From positions 744,001-808,000 of the forward strand of contig VJWM01000103.1 of the NCBI GenBank assembly GCA_010909165.1: a stretch of DNA of 64,000 bases. The letters are read 5' to 3'. The position numbers and the translations under genes were made by a program. Below are positions 49,137-63,500 of the stretch, piece by piece. Below the pieces are notes generated by a model that worked only from the letters and a program-made list of their open reading frames with translations, was not told the DNA's origin and searched no databases. This DNA is from Anthoceros angustus (Eukaryota; Plantae; Anthocerotophyta). The first letter of the stretch is position 1. Every line of letters begins with the position of its first letter.

Positions 49137-51112
49137 ATGGTGAGCGGGTCGCCAATTGGGAATGGCGTCGCTGCTGCCACAGCTGAGGCCGCAGTCGGAC
49201 GGCGGAGGACCGGCTGGCGGAGCTGAGGCAGGCGCTGGGCAAGGCGGACGGGGACCCGGTGCGGATCACGGGAGTGGGGGCGGGCGCGTGGGGAGCGTCT
49301 TCCTGGCTATGCTGCAGGATGCGTTCGGGCACATGCGGGAGCAGATCCAGATTCGCATCTGGCGGAGGCCGGACAAGAGGCTGGAGCGGGCGTCGGCTGT
49401 GAAGCTGTTTGAGGTTATTAATGCACGGGAGGACGTGCTGCGACGCCTGCTCGCAAAATGCGCCTACCTGAAGTATGTGGAAGGGAGGCTGGGAGACCGC
49501 GTGCTGTATGCCGACGAGATTTTGCGGGATGGATTTTGCATAAACATGCTGGATACGCCCCTGTGTCCGCTCAGAGTTGTGACCGATTTGCAGGGCGCGG
49601 TTTGGGACGCGGATATCGTCGTCAATGGCCTCCCGTCCACGGAAACCCGTGCCGTGTTTGAAAAGATCGGCAAGTACTGGCGTGAGAGGAGGACTAAACC
49701 TATCGTCATTTCCTTGGCTAAGGGTGTTGAGGCGGCCTTTGATCCGGATCCTCATATTGTGACTCCCACTCAGATGATTCAAGCTGCCAGTGAGTGTTGA
49801 ATTGTGAAGAGAGTCGTAACGTTTGTCCCGGTTTGTTGGCAGAGGCACGTTTGAGTTGCTCCAACCATTTTAGCTGGGACTGACGCGTGGTTTCGGATGC
49901 TTTGGTGGCAGCCGGTCTTTCGGACGAGAACATTTTGTACCTAGGTGGCCCTAATATTGCTGCGGAAGTGTACAACAAGGAATATGCAAATGCCAGAATA
50001 TGTGGTGCTGAGAAATGGAGAAAGCCCCTGGCCAGGTTTCTTCGGCAGCCTCACTTTATTGTCTGGGACAATAGTGACCTCGTCACTCACGAGGTGATGG
50101 GAGGACTGAAAAATGTGTATGCCATCGGTGCAGGTAAATAGCAACGGGCTAACTCTGCTGGCCATGCCTACTTGTTGCAATGGCAAGGCAACTGCTGACA
50201 GGTAGATTTCGGTGCGCAGGAATGGTTGCAGCTCTCACAAACGAGAGTGCCACCAGTAAGTCCGTGTACTTCGCACACTGCACATCAGAAATGATCTACA
50301 TAACTCACTTGCTCTCAGAAGATCCAGAAAAACTCGCAGGCCCGTTGCTGGCTGATACTTATGTTACCCTTCTGAAAGGACGTAATGCCTGGTATGGGCA
50401 ACAGGTGGCCAAGGGTGAGATCTCCCCCCAGATGGGAGACAGCATCAGTGGCAAAGGAATGATACAGGTCTGTCCTGAACGTCTTGCGACGTTCCTCTCC
50501 CTGGTCTCTAATCCTAAGCCCTTTCACCTTTTAAACAAATCTGAACCAGCTTTCGGTTTCCCTCGGATGACTTTGTTTGCGTGTTTTGTTAAACCTTGTT
50601 GCTGCAAACACCTAGAATTGTTGCACACTTCAAAAATGTGTCTGATTCAGAGTTCTTGCCACCTAATCCGCCTGTTCTGTCCTTCACACCAGGGTATTTC
50701 AGCAGTTACAGCGTTTTATGAGCTGCTGAAACAACCTAGCTTGAGCGTAATCCACCCTGAAGAGAACAAGGAAGTAGCTCCCGTAGAGCTTTGCCCAATA
50801 CTACAAACGCTGTACAAGATCCTTATCCTGCGGTGAGACCTCATGCTGCTCCTCCTGAGTTATTTGAGCGCACATGGCGTCGAAACTCGTGTCTGCGGGT
50901 GGACATCCTTGATGAATGTAGGAGTTTATGATTGATACTGATGGGTCTCTTTTGATTCTTTCAGAGAGGCATCCTGCGAAGCTATACTGCAAGCCTTGAG
51001 AGATGAGAACATGTATGACCCCAGGCGTAGAATCGACAGAGCGCGCTTCTTCCCCCAGCTACTTCTCGGTCCTCAGCCCAAGAAACGACACTCGAAGGAA
51101 CCTGAGTCCTAG
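49137..51112 (+). CDS. GPDHc1: Cytosolic NAD-dependent glycerol-3-phosphate dehydrogenase (GPDHc1 type), ~5 exons
   Basis: [79 protein letters not shown]|[30 protein letters not shown]|GISAV; stop 51110-51112. One apparent 1-nt frameshift at ~49200. Confidence 0.96.
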
Positions 51113-51587
51113 CCCTCCATCTGTTGCATGGGCCACCCATGTCCCAAAGAGTCATCCAAAATACTTCCCGCCGATCGACTCCGACACTTCTCCCTCACAG
51201 GAGCGGGCCATCCCAACTCATTGCATCATATGCAGGTGCGAATCTGCGCGTCCAGCACGATTTCTGGGAACAGGCAGCAGTACTAGTCTAGATCCATGGA
51301 TAGCACTACCGTATGGAATACTGACCACTGTAATTCTTTTTGTAACACTTATTATACACTGAAATAGGTTTGTAGCTTCTACTTTGCTGTTCCTCGTGGA
51401 CTAAACTAGAATTCTCGTCGCCTTCTTGTCGACACGTCCGTCGGCACAAATTTCTTTGTCGTCGTGTTTGTTTGAACCCACTCGCTATTGGACTTCATCG
51501 AGTTCACGACCCGGAATTCAGTGTGGGGATCAGCGGCATGGTATGCCGATCAACGTCGGTGGTGTGAGCCCAGCGGCGTAGGTAGCT

Positions 51588-54500
51588 ATGTCGAGCTCAC
51601 GCGCGGTCACCACTGACGAAGTGGATTACGTGGTGTCCTTCCTGTACTCTGACAGGGCCAAATCTCGGGAGGTGAACATGCACGCTGAGGGGTTTCGCTT
51701 CCCTCCCCTTCTCTCGTTAGCTTGCCAAGAGCTGAGCCCGCCCTTTTCTGCTGTCTAAGCATGCTCCGGTATAGCATTGCAGGATGGAGTGAAGATGTTG
51801 ACCAGCATCCTGGACTCTGCGCCTGGCTTGAAACTTCTGGACCAGCAAACTGCAATTTTGGAGAGCAAAATCACCGGTCCTTACCTGCATAGCCCTTCAT
51901 AAAGCACATGCCAGCTGGTGACATTGTTGAAATTCTGGAGAACATGAATTCTTCCTTTGAGCGTGCTCCACTCTCAGCAGATTGTTCGTTGTAGTTCAAC
52001 CAGAGCCAGCACAGCCCAATGCGGCTTCGACCCACCCTACGAATGTTTACGATACTTTGGGTCAGAAATTCTTCTCACTCAGCTCTTTGTCTGGCAGCAT
52101 GGTCGTGGCCTGGTATACTGGACGCACTGTGCCAGTGTATTGATACCGAGATTGGAACGAGCAAGAAAAGAGGACCAAAGCCAGCATTGGCTAAAGCCTT
52201 GAGAAGCTTGGTGCAGAAAGCTGAGGATCCTAGCCGGCCAGGTATGTTTGGTTCTTGGGCGCAAGTTCTCCATTTTATCTTTGCCGAACTCCAAGAAATT
52301 TATCTGGTGGGAACTCTGTCAGGCAAATCACTGGTCCTGCTTCGGAAGGTGAATAGACTCGTTAAGCACGTTCTCTTTGTACTTCAAGAGGTGCCCATTT
52401 TTGTCTCCGACTACAGTCACATCCTGCGTCAGGTGCTTCTCACCGTAGACTACAGAGTACGTTTCGGGAAGAAGATATATGCTGGTGAGTTATCAGCTCC
52501 CTGGGTACAGAACTTTTTTTCGGGTCAGACCCCCTGTTTTGCACTGTTCTGGTGTATTAGAGTACTCTCCTTGTGAAACCGCCTTTGCGGGTTTACTGTG
52601 TTTTTGCAGCACTTGTTGAATTATTTCTCCACAAAGTTAAGACCATCACTTCAGGGGAGGTGGTTGAATCGAAGGAAGATGCATTCCAGAGCACGGTTAC
52701 TCTTCATATTCTGTTACAAAACTCCCCTGGAGATCTGTCAGATTCACTCAAGCGTAATGTTGTCGATAGTTTCAGAGACATATTTCGCCATCTCAGGTCA
52801 GTCTGCAAGCGAGAACGATACCATGTTAGAAGTTTCATTCAAGTGAGATTGGTCGGTCATTCTGCTAGTGCCTCTAGCGGATGTTTCGGAGCCGTTTTTG
52901 AATTCATACTTATGAGATTGACAATATGGTACGCAATTCTGCAGGGATGAAGGAAGGGTAGCGAAGAAGCTTGTTGCAGCCTTAAATTCCTTCCTTCTAA
53001 GTAATGGTCTCAACTTGGGGAATGTCCTGGCTGAACTACACCTGAGTGTAAGGCAGTTCATGTTCCGGTCATGGCTAACTACACGTGACCGGGAGCTCAA
53101 GGTACACAACAACATTGTCTGTTGTCCAGCTTGTGTTTCCACTTCAGCTTCTTACATGTTGTCACGGTTCCAGGATGGGTTGGTGTTATATGCTAGGGCA
53201 CAACTAAAGCTCAGGCACATTCTTGATTTGGAGAATCCTGAAGTTCTTGAAGAGTTGAGTGAGCTAGTGGAAAAGGAACTCGATCAGACTGGGATTGCTC
53301 TTGTGGGAATGTTCCGGTAAGTATGAGGATCATGTGACTGTCCTGGTGATGCTCGTCGGATGCCACATTTCATGGCATCCGACGAGCACACCTGGACAGT
53401 CACATGATTTTGGCTGGCTTGTGGCCCTGGTGGATTTATGTTAACCACTGCAATCTGATACGCATACGGATGTTGTGGCCTTTGAAGAGAGGAGAGATTA
53501 GGTCTGATAACAAGGAGCATGAGGTGCTTTTTGGAGCTTGCAGCCATGGTGCTGTTTGAGGTATGACTCTGAGTATGGTGGATGCCGTATGAGAGTTGTT
53601 GAGTACCCCTGCTAAAAGGCTCAATCTCTGTTCATCATGAATTGCCTCTTGAGTGCACGTCGCATTTGTGTGCCAGATGCTCACAAGGAAGCCTTCTAAA
53701 GTCCTGGATGGAGCAAAACGACGGCGAAAGGAGAGTAGTCATGTTACAGTCCTGGAGAGGCTGACCAGTGGGAAGTACCTCTGGTGAGATAACAATGGTT
53801 CTGGTTTACCTGCATTTTCGCAGAACTTTATTAGATCTTCTGTGCATTCGAAGAAACCCCATCAGGACTGATTTTGATTTTCATTTGCGTCCATCTGGTC
53901 TTGCATCAGGTTTGCATCTGATATTGGGGGTTTGCAATTGTACAGGATTGGAGCCATTTGCATGCTTGTGCATCGATATGGTTGTAAACTTCCCCTCTCA
54001 TTACTCTTAGATTGGCACAAAGGTCTAGCTTCAGGATTTGACAGGCAAGTTTTAGGAGGAGACAGTACTTTTGTTTTTCCCTCCTACTCAGAACTCCAAG
54101 TCTTTCCTATCTGAAGCTAGTCCGGTCTGCAGGATGTTGGCAGATGGAAGCAGCTCTCGCTCTGCTGAAATCTTACTGTGGACTGTGAGGTATGATGACA
54201 AACCTGGACAGGAAGCCAATTTAATCAATGTCCTCCATTAACTCCTTTAGCCTTATGGCTGCAGATGTCTTCAAGAATCTGCTAAACTATGGCCAGTGAT
54301 AGTCACTGGTGAACATGGACATTTTACCGAGGTTTCTGCCTTAAACTAAACGCTAACTCTTTCTAAATGAGGCTGTTTTAATACATGAAGTCGTATGTGT
54401 CTCAAAGGTGAGTTCGCTTGAATTTTGCAGGCAGGGGGAGTGTGGCAGCCCATTTGGAAACTTTTATTGCACTGGGTGCCCTTACTGGGTAGTGCCCCCG

Positions 54501-57500
54501 TAGTGGTGAGCCAAGTGTAAACTGAGAACCTATCAGTGCTAAGCTTGCTGTTACTGTAGATTGAAGTCCATCCTCCTTTCTCATGTATAATGTGAAGTGT
54601 TTTTGTTCGCTCAGAGCGACAGTTTTCAAGGCGGACAGAATAACCGACCTGCAACGCAGAGATATACAGAGAGCGCACCATTCAGTCCCTCCACACAAGA
54701 TGGCTGAAGGTTTTGGTTTTAGCAAGAACAACAATCGTACCGTGTCACCAGTGGCTTCACGTCTCTCCTCTGCAACACGATCTGCTAGACCAATAGCAGA
54801 CAGTCTCCTAGGCTGAGTGCATATGATGTTGCATATTCCTCCTTCACCTTTCTCGATGTGTTCCTCTAGAATGTACTGGGGGACCTGCAAACAGAGCATC
54901 AATCTGATGAAGAGAGCCACGGGTTCACTGACCTGAGCGTGCAGGCCCAACAGCACATAACTAGACGACAAGCAACATCTGACCAAAAGTGGAGACTGAC
55001 CTGAGTACTTTTCCCACAGCCTGTCTCACCGCAGATGATAGTAACTCTAGAGCTGTCAATTGTGGACAAAAGACTGGATCGCTTTGTAAAAGCTGGCAGC
55101 TTTGACCGGGTCCCTTGCATTCGAGCATGTTTTGACGATCCCTGTAGGTTCTCCCACTGTCTCTTCAGCCTTTGAGATTCCAGACTTGAGAGGAGCTCCT
55201 GCTGACGTTTTAAACGAGGGCTCCTTGTCTGAGCACCACTTGCTTTTGCCAAGGAAGTATCACGATGGGCAGTCATAGGATTTTCATGTAGTGGAAGCTT
55301 TTCAAGGTTGAGGAAGCATGCAGCCTGCTTGGCACCATAGTGGCCCAGGTACTTCGAAGATCCTTGACTGATTTGGCCTTGATTTGGCACAGTTGCTCAA
55401 TGATTGTAACAATTTTGAGGAATATGGTTCCGGTGTAATTCTTTGCTGCAGAATCTTGTACCTGTCTGCGCTGTGCCACATGAGTTTTGGAGGTCACATC
55501 CTTTTGTAGATTTGCCAGTGGGGTGAGTATGTATCATTGTCTGGTACCAAATAAAAACTTTCTGTTTGTTTGAGTTTGTCTGGTTTGATCTTTAATAACA
55601 GCCGTGTGTAAGCAGAGGGGTCCTCTATTTCACTGCAGTCATTTTCTCAGATCCTGCTTGTCAGGTGACCTGCAGCTACCTCTTTTGCATTGTTTGTTGA
55701 TCGCACATGTTTTCGAGAATCAACCTGAAGGTACAGATAGTCATGTACTCATTCATCTCTTTCCAGTCCTGTACAAGAAAGGATGTGAAGCTTCGAAGTA
55801 AACTCATTCAATGGTCCTTGACTGCGCTTGATGCTCAGGTCAGCATCGTAATTTGCACCATGGGTGCTTGATGTGAACAGAGTTAAACACATGTGCCGAG
55901 CTTGTAACTGCTAGTCTTGGTGATGACAGGAGGCACCACGCCCAAAGGGTTCTGGGGAGGATATGGTATCACCGAGGTTGCTCAGTGCAACCATTCTGGC
56001 TCTCAGCACTGGCAGTCTTCCCCAATCACTCTGTGGTTGTTACAGCTCGGATTCCAAATCGCTGTGTTTGTTAGACGAGTTGGGTTGCTGCCTGGAGGTC
56101 AGTATTTTCGAAGGGGTTGTAACTTGCATTCTATGTGATCTGGGGTTTCTGAGTCTCCAACTAATGGATGGCTTTGTTTTGGACAGCCGGAAGTCCAAGA
56201 CAAAGAAGATGAAGCTGAGCTGACTGCACTTGACCGCTCTCCTGATGTTCTAGCTGCATGTGGAGACCCTCCTGTTCACAAGGTGTACCAAAATATTCGA
56301 CTGGGGTTCAGGTGTTATTGAAAGTTCCATATTTGAGTAGCTTGCTGATCAACTTTTCTGCTCAATGTAGCTATCTCTTTCACCAAGGTCTGCGAGCAGC
56401 CCTCTGCCGAGGTCAAACTGCGATTTCTTTTTGCAGCAAGCAGCAGATAGTTTGGTTGAGAAAATGGAAGCAGCTTGTCAAATCAGCCAGGCTGTATTGA
56501 CCCAGATGTTTCATCTGAGCGCCACAGTGTCAAGTTGTGTCTATGGTGTAGAGCAAATTCTGCAGAAAAGGTTTGTTATGATGACCTGAGGTTCCAGTAA
56601 CCTGCTGATTGTGTTCCATCAGGTGGACGAGCTTAAGGGCCCATTCTGACAGCTTTTGATGGACTGTGTTGTAGAGGGCAGGTGTTAAGAGATTGGAGTT
56701 CAGGTGGTCGACTGTTGAAATCTTTAGCTGTGGTGCTGGAGGTTTGTGTGCAGTCCATTGGTAACTCTGGGACGAGCTTGTATGTGCAGCAGCAATCCAG
56801 TAGTGTTGGCTCTAATGCGTCCAGCGTCACTACAGCTGGCTGTCTTCATGTCCAGCCTCTGCAATCAATTTTGATGGCTTTACAGCAGTTTGTTTCTTCA
56901 GGAGGTCGTGCACCCCTTGTACAGGCTAATGGTCGATTTGAGAGAGTCGAAGAATATACAACCTCTGAGCCTCTGTTGGGACTGTTACTCCAGAGGTTGA
57001 CTGAGACTTTTCTGGCTGCGTCAGAGGTTGTTGGACAACCTGACCTAGGGACATGTCTTCTATATCCTGATCGTAATGGTGGAACCACAATATTAGATGC
57101 TGATTTGGATGTCAACACAGAAATTTTTCAATCATCGATGGATAGATTAGATCATCCTTCAGGCAGTGTCAAAGGGTTCTCTGGCCAGATACTAGGAGAG
57201 AAGGGAAACTTGGTGCAGGCACCTTGGCGGCTTACTGTGGTGAAGATGATTGCAGCAGTGGGTCAAATCTTACCAGATGCTGCTTTGCATGACCTTGAAA
57301 ACTTGTTGGCAAAGGAGCAGGATCCTAAGGTGAGTGGAGCAGGCTGTTGTGAGTCTTGCTCGCTAAATTGTTCTCTTATTGATCATGTTTTCTCTTCCTT
57401 GAAACATTGAGGTGAATCTGGGTCGTGTACAGATGCGCTGGGAGATGATCCGACACGTTTTTCACCTACTGACGGAGTCCACGTTGCCTTGCCTACTAAC

Positions 57501-60500
57501 TACGGTAGCTACTACACCTCTGCACATGAGAATGCAAATTGCATTCCCTTCATCACACTTTTAATCCTTGGATCTTCTTTGATGGTGGCCTTGTTTTTCT
57601 GCTTACCCTGGATGGATATCTCAGCTTCGGATTGTACAAGATTCTCTGGACGACTGCCGAGAGAAGGAAACAAGCCGCTATGAACTCCTGGATGCCATTG
57701 ATGTGCTTTTCTTCAACTTGTCAAGGCCAGTAAGAAATACATGTCAAAGCAACATGAGCAAAGAGAGCAACTTTCGACTGTCGGAAGAGGTGTGTTGTTT
57801 GGAGTTCTCGTTTCATTGAAGCTATCAATGTTTGCAGGAGTTGTATCATGCTGGTGTTGGGTTCCCCTTTGGAACTGCATGAGGTTTCCATGTGAAGTAA
57901 GATTCCTGTTCCAACAGCTTGTATGCTTCTAGTATTAACAGCAGTAGGTGCGAACGCAGGTTTCGTCTCGAATAAGGAATTTCATTGCTCAGGTAGCTGA
58001 CACGGGTGTCGTTCTCTGGCAAACACGCTCAAAACTGGCTAAAGTACTGGTTACTTTCATTCTACTCGATGCTCCTACGGCACAGGTCTAGCTTGCTCGT
58101 GCAACTTAGATTTCTGCCTTACAAGATGGAGTTTGAAATGGCAGGCTAGATTGGGAACGAACGGTTATGTAGTCCATTATATCTCCAGCTCTGTCTGGAG
58201 CATTAACCTGTGTGCAACTTCCCTGTTGAGAGACTTTTTTGTGAAATGCAGAGTCTTATGGAGACGCTTCTTTCTCTTCTCAGCGATCCAGAGTACCGAG
58301 TTAGAATGGTACTTTCAAAGATTTTGGTCGTTCTCTTTGAAATCTGGGAAGGACATGAAGGGCTCCTTCAAGATATCAGGTCCTCCCTGGCACTTGTAAA
58401 AGCTTTGGGTTGTTGTGCTTATTAGATGTCAAGATTTAGTTTCAAGATCATCATAACACTTATCGGAGTTCCTGTTTTGCAGTTTTTGCTGTTCTGATGT
58501 ATGGTAACCATTTATTCACGTTGTGCAGTGCAAATCTGGGTCTAGAAGTTCCTTGGGGACAATCAGTAGATATTTCTAAACCAGATCAAAGTATGGTCTG
58601 TAAAGCTGAAACTGCTATTGTTACACTTGGAGAACTCGCTGCAGAAAGCTGTCAAGTGGAGAACGAGGTACCCTCTTACAGTTTCGTTGAAGATTTATGA
58701 CATGTCAGGTTCTTGAACAGATCATGTAGCTGAAGGTGCTGTGGATTGTGACAGGTGGTTTTCAGGATTTGTGCCCATGCTGCTTCCTTTGCATATCACA
58801 GGTCTGTCTGCAAGCTGATTATTAGATAGTGTGACCCTCAAGCCTAAGTTGTCCCCAGCTTAAGTGGATTTTGGAAATGCAGACCTCTTGTCTCTGCTGT
58901 GCTCGACAGAGTGGCAAAGAAGTTACAATATCCAAGTCGTGGAAAGGTACTTTTTGCTTTTAACACAACCACAATACATTCTGTCATGCAAGCAGGACCA
59001 TAACCATAGCTGTTTCTAGATCAGGACTTGCCATGTTCTACCTGCAGTCTAAAACGAATTTCAAATGGGAACATGTTGTGTAAACCTTTTGTTTGTAAAT
59101 GCACATGGACAGTATATTGGCCAGCTGATGGGAGGAATACTGCATCGGTGGGTGGTGGCTGGAATGTCACTTGTATCTCTGGTGGAGGTACTATTTTTCT
59201 TTGGAATTCGACCACTCAGTGCTGATGGACCACCAGAAGATGATTAGCCAGTTTGCCTCTGTTGCAGATACGGGGAATTCTTGTTGAAGATATTGGAGCC
59301 CAAGCGTTCATTGAGCTGTGCTGCCCTTGGCTTTTACCGTCTCTGTTGTTCATGGGATGTGATGATGGAATAGCATGGTTATCAAATGTGACGTATTCAA
59401 ACATTGGAACCCGGTTTTTTTCCTTTTCTGTGACGAGTATTCGCGCCATGACAGTACATGCTGCACAATGTGTAGGTTGCCTCAGAGACACCTGCCACTC
59501 TTTTGAAGCGACACTTTCCTGCCATTTTTTCTGCTTTACTGCTGTTACATTCGAGTGGGGTTGAATCGGATCAAGAAACAGCAACAGCTATTCTTCAGGG
59601 TTCCATGCTTACAACTATGGAAGTTTCTGAAGATGAAAGGGACAAACTCATCAAACAGAAAATGGTAAAAAGTTGCCCCTTAGTTCATTCAAGTTGGTCA
59701 GAGATGCCTTTTAGCATGCCTAGTTTGATAGATGTGCTTGCCACAAGTGAACTGAATGGCTGCGAGTCCAAATTTGTGCCAACTCATTGAAGGGTGTCCT
59801 CTCTGTGGTAAGTGCAGGTTTCCATCGTGAGTTTTATGTTTCTGTTATGCAGTGGAGATGACGATCAGCCTCAGAGACCTTTCTTCTCCAAGGATTCTGT
59901 AGCTTCAAGTGTGCGAACAGTTGTAGATGGCTTTTTAGAGCAGTAAGAGCACGTTTCGGCACTTGTCAGTCCACTTTTAGTTTCATCAGTGTACTCAGAA
60001 AGCGTGCATGGGACTTTGCAGGGCTCAATTTCCTCAAGATGGCAGAATTGTGGATAAGATGCAAGTTTTTCGGCCTAGCCGTGTTTTTCAGGTGCGCTCA
60101 CGTGGCATGAGGTGCTCATTTGAAGGTGCACTCAATTAGTTTGTTTGATATCCCAAGTGTGGGTGGTGTTGTACAGCTGCTTTTGCAACTGCATCACCGA
60201 ATTCAGAGCGCTTGCCACCCATGGCACTGGCGCGGTCCATTGGCTAGTGTAGCAGCCCTTATACATGTTATTGATATTCGTTCTGTCATACCAAGCACAT
60301 TCAGGTCAAGTTGAGGTCCCTGCCCTTATGGATGCTTGTCTGTCTATATTACAATGGAGTCTCGTGCTATCTGTCTATAAGAACTGGAATGCTTGTGTCA
60401 GGATGTGCTCGTGCTTGTGCTTGTGCTCGTGCTTGTGTCAGGATTGTCATTTTGCTTTTCCTCTTGTTGAAGCTGCTTTTATCTGGTGACCAAACTCTTG

Positions 60501-63500
60501 AACATCTTGTCCTCTATGTCCTGTCAGTTGACAGGAGGATTGCTTGGAACCTGTAGGTATCTTGTGCACATCATTTTGCAGTTGATTGGCCGACCTGAAT
60601 TGCAGGAGCAATGCTGTCTTCTTTTGAAGATGTTACTCGACAAGGTAGATGTTTGTCCGGCTGAACAATCTACATGGGTGTTGGGAGATCAGCTACAGGT
60701 TCTCACTTGCCTGCTTTTCCTTTTTCTGCGGTTTCTTTGGCAATTGTTTGATCTGTTAGGAACCTGATCATTGCCCTTTGACGGCAGTTGATTGTGTCAA
60801 AGCTTGTCTCCTGCTGTTCCAATGGTGGTTCTAGGGGTGCTGGGCATTCTATCCACAGTAGAGTAGAGTCAAATGGTGGAGTGAAGGGTGATCACAAATT
60901 CATAGTCTCTTTACTGCATCGTGTCACTACTGATGCGCATGAATCCATGCACTGCCACATCAAGGTAATGCAATTCTTACTGTCATGCCACTTGGGTTTA
61001 ACTTGCCTGGTATGGATCTAACTGTCTATTCCATTACAGGCACTGGATTGCTTACCTAATTTACCTTGTTTTGAGCGTATCAACATTCTTCTGAGGCAGT
61101 TACATACGGAAAGAAGTCTTGCTACTGAGTTGGTGGAAGTATGGATCCCTTTAAAGTTCTTTCTTCCTGTTTCTGCAGAAAGCAGGACAATGTCTAACCT
61201 TGCTTTGATTCCTTGTTCAGCTCGTGAAGAGAGCACCAAATCTGAGTCCTCAGCTTAGACTGAGCAGGTGAGTACGTCTGGACCACGTGCAAATCCAGGA
61301 TGCACGTTTCACCGTGTGGCCTGGATACATCCATACAGCCTACCCCCCTTTGTTGGAGCACAAACCTCTGATGCTTATTTGCACTTTTCTCTGCAGCTTG
61401 TTAAGCCTTTATCAACAACTGCCCATGAGAAAAGAAGAGCTGTATGAAAGGCAACCGGGAGGTCTAGAGCAGGCAGAGCAATGGAGATGCAGGCCAGATG
61501 TCATTGCTGCTGTGTGGGACCTTTTGCTGCTTTGTGACGACCACGACGATACTGAGATGCGGGCATTAGCTGCAGAGTTTCTGGCAGCGGTAAAGATCTG
61601 TAGCTCCTGTGTGGGAACTTGTGAATCGATTGATTGAATGGTTGTTGATTGAATTACTTGCTTTATTTCGTGCTTACAAGACGAGGTGATTAATTTCCTG
61701 GTTTGCAGACTGGAATAGCTAGCACACGAACTGCTGTTTCCCAGTCAACTGTGCGTCTTGAACGTACCAGAGACGTCAGCATCGACCCAGACTTGGGGGT
61801 CCACGAAGATGTTGTCAGAAGAGTTCTGCTTCAGCTTCATGGTTGCATGACTGACAGTGATGTGAGCATCATCGAGCTTGCTTCCACAACGTTGACGGTA
61901 TGTTTGAGTTCCTTGTCATGTCCAGATTTTGAAGGGGAGGACTTCTTGCAGATTCTCTAAGCAGATATGTTAATACTGATGAGAGTTTGGTAACAGGGGT
62001 TACTGTCTACAGAGAAAGGTCATCGAGTTTTGCAGGCACTGGATCCTCATGACAAGTCCTACTTGCAGGTTCTAACTACCTCTTCACAACTTCGTTTAAC
62101 AAGTATTTTTTGTCTTGCTGGCAATGAATATTCTAGTATCTTCTCAGGTGTGGTCCAAAGGAGTTAATTCGGCAGTCGTTGAAAACATTCTTGACCAGGC
62201 AGGATTGAATCCAGCAAGTGAGTGTGCTGTTACTATGCTTATTGTATTTTGACCTGGTATTGTCACATCCATGACTGTGTGCCTGGGACACTGGGATTGA
62301 CAGTGGATTTGGAAGACTCTAACTTTTGGGACACAACTGGGAGGCCATACGGAAGTTGGGTCTGCATGCTGGTACACGGTCTTATTAACCATACGGACGA
62401 AACTATAGTAAGGTACTTCAACGGCTGCATACCGTAGATTCCCAGGCGTTCTCAGGGCTCACTTTATTTGGGGAGTAGGGTCATGTTGGGTAATCAATCA
62501 TGGACAAGTTGGTAACCATCCAATATCTGGAAACCCGTCGAAAAACAAATAAGCACATCTTGCTATGTGTTCAGGTTATGTCAATCGATGGTACTTCGGA
62601 AAACAGCTCTTGCAGAGCTCTTGTTCCCTCATGTTCTGGGCCTGTTGGCTGGGAAACTTGACTCGGAGCTCAAACTGTGCAACTTAATATCTGCACAGGT
62701 GAACGCGAGATGCCCTTGTTTTTGCTTACCTTGCAAACATTTCCAAGTTGCCTGAGACTCACTCCGACATGTTCTAGGTGGTTAAACATGTCTTCTGTGA
62801 TACCAACAACAGTACGAGGTCAATACAACTTTTCCTCGAAGGAATGAATTCCCTTCGAGTCACCTATGTTTCTATCAGGATGAAACATACTCCAATTGCT
62901 TCAAAGAAAGGTGAAGCTTCGAAGGTATTCTCGGCAGGACTTTCTCTTTCTTCTTTTCAAGGAGACGAGCCAGAGAAATTATTAATCGAGTTTTTATGCT
63001 GAAGGTGGGAGACAGAGTTGCCTCAAGCGCAGGAAAATCATCTGCGTCTAAAAGAGGTGCCAGTTTTGGAAGTAGCACAACCGATTTCTCGAATGTGGAC
63101 TTCCAATCAGTCTGGACTTGGCCAAAGGTTTCTTCTCTGCCTAAATTGGTGAAAGGTCCAAAGGTCATTTGTTACACGGATCACACTTAACATGAGTCTC
63201 AGCCAGCACAGAGATTTGTGTGAATGACTTGTGGAATGTCCTATTGTGTTGTCTTTTCAGGTCTATTGGTTGCAAATTGACTACTTGAAAACAGCAAAAG
63301 CTGCACAGGTAAGTCCACAAAAGCATCGACTTGCCCCATCTTGCACCACAAACTGCCTCAATCGCTTTTCTTATGCCGTCTGCTTGCATCAAATTCTGAG
63401 GCAAGTTAAAATACGTAGCTGATCCTTCTGCCTGAGGTCAGAAATGTGCTGCATTTTCCACATCGGCCTTATATGTTGAGCACTGGTGTGAGGAGACGTT

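Larger units (their letters stand above)
41149..50293. repeat. Direct tandem duplication (41149-46039 / 46040-50284) of helicase 5' part, promoter and GPDH 5' part
   Basis: At 46040 GPDH sequence jumps back to helicase 41149 through the shared 9-mer TCAGAAATG (41149, 46040, 50285). The copies differ almost only by 1-3 nt indels and microsatellite unit number. Confidence 0.95.
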
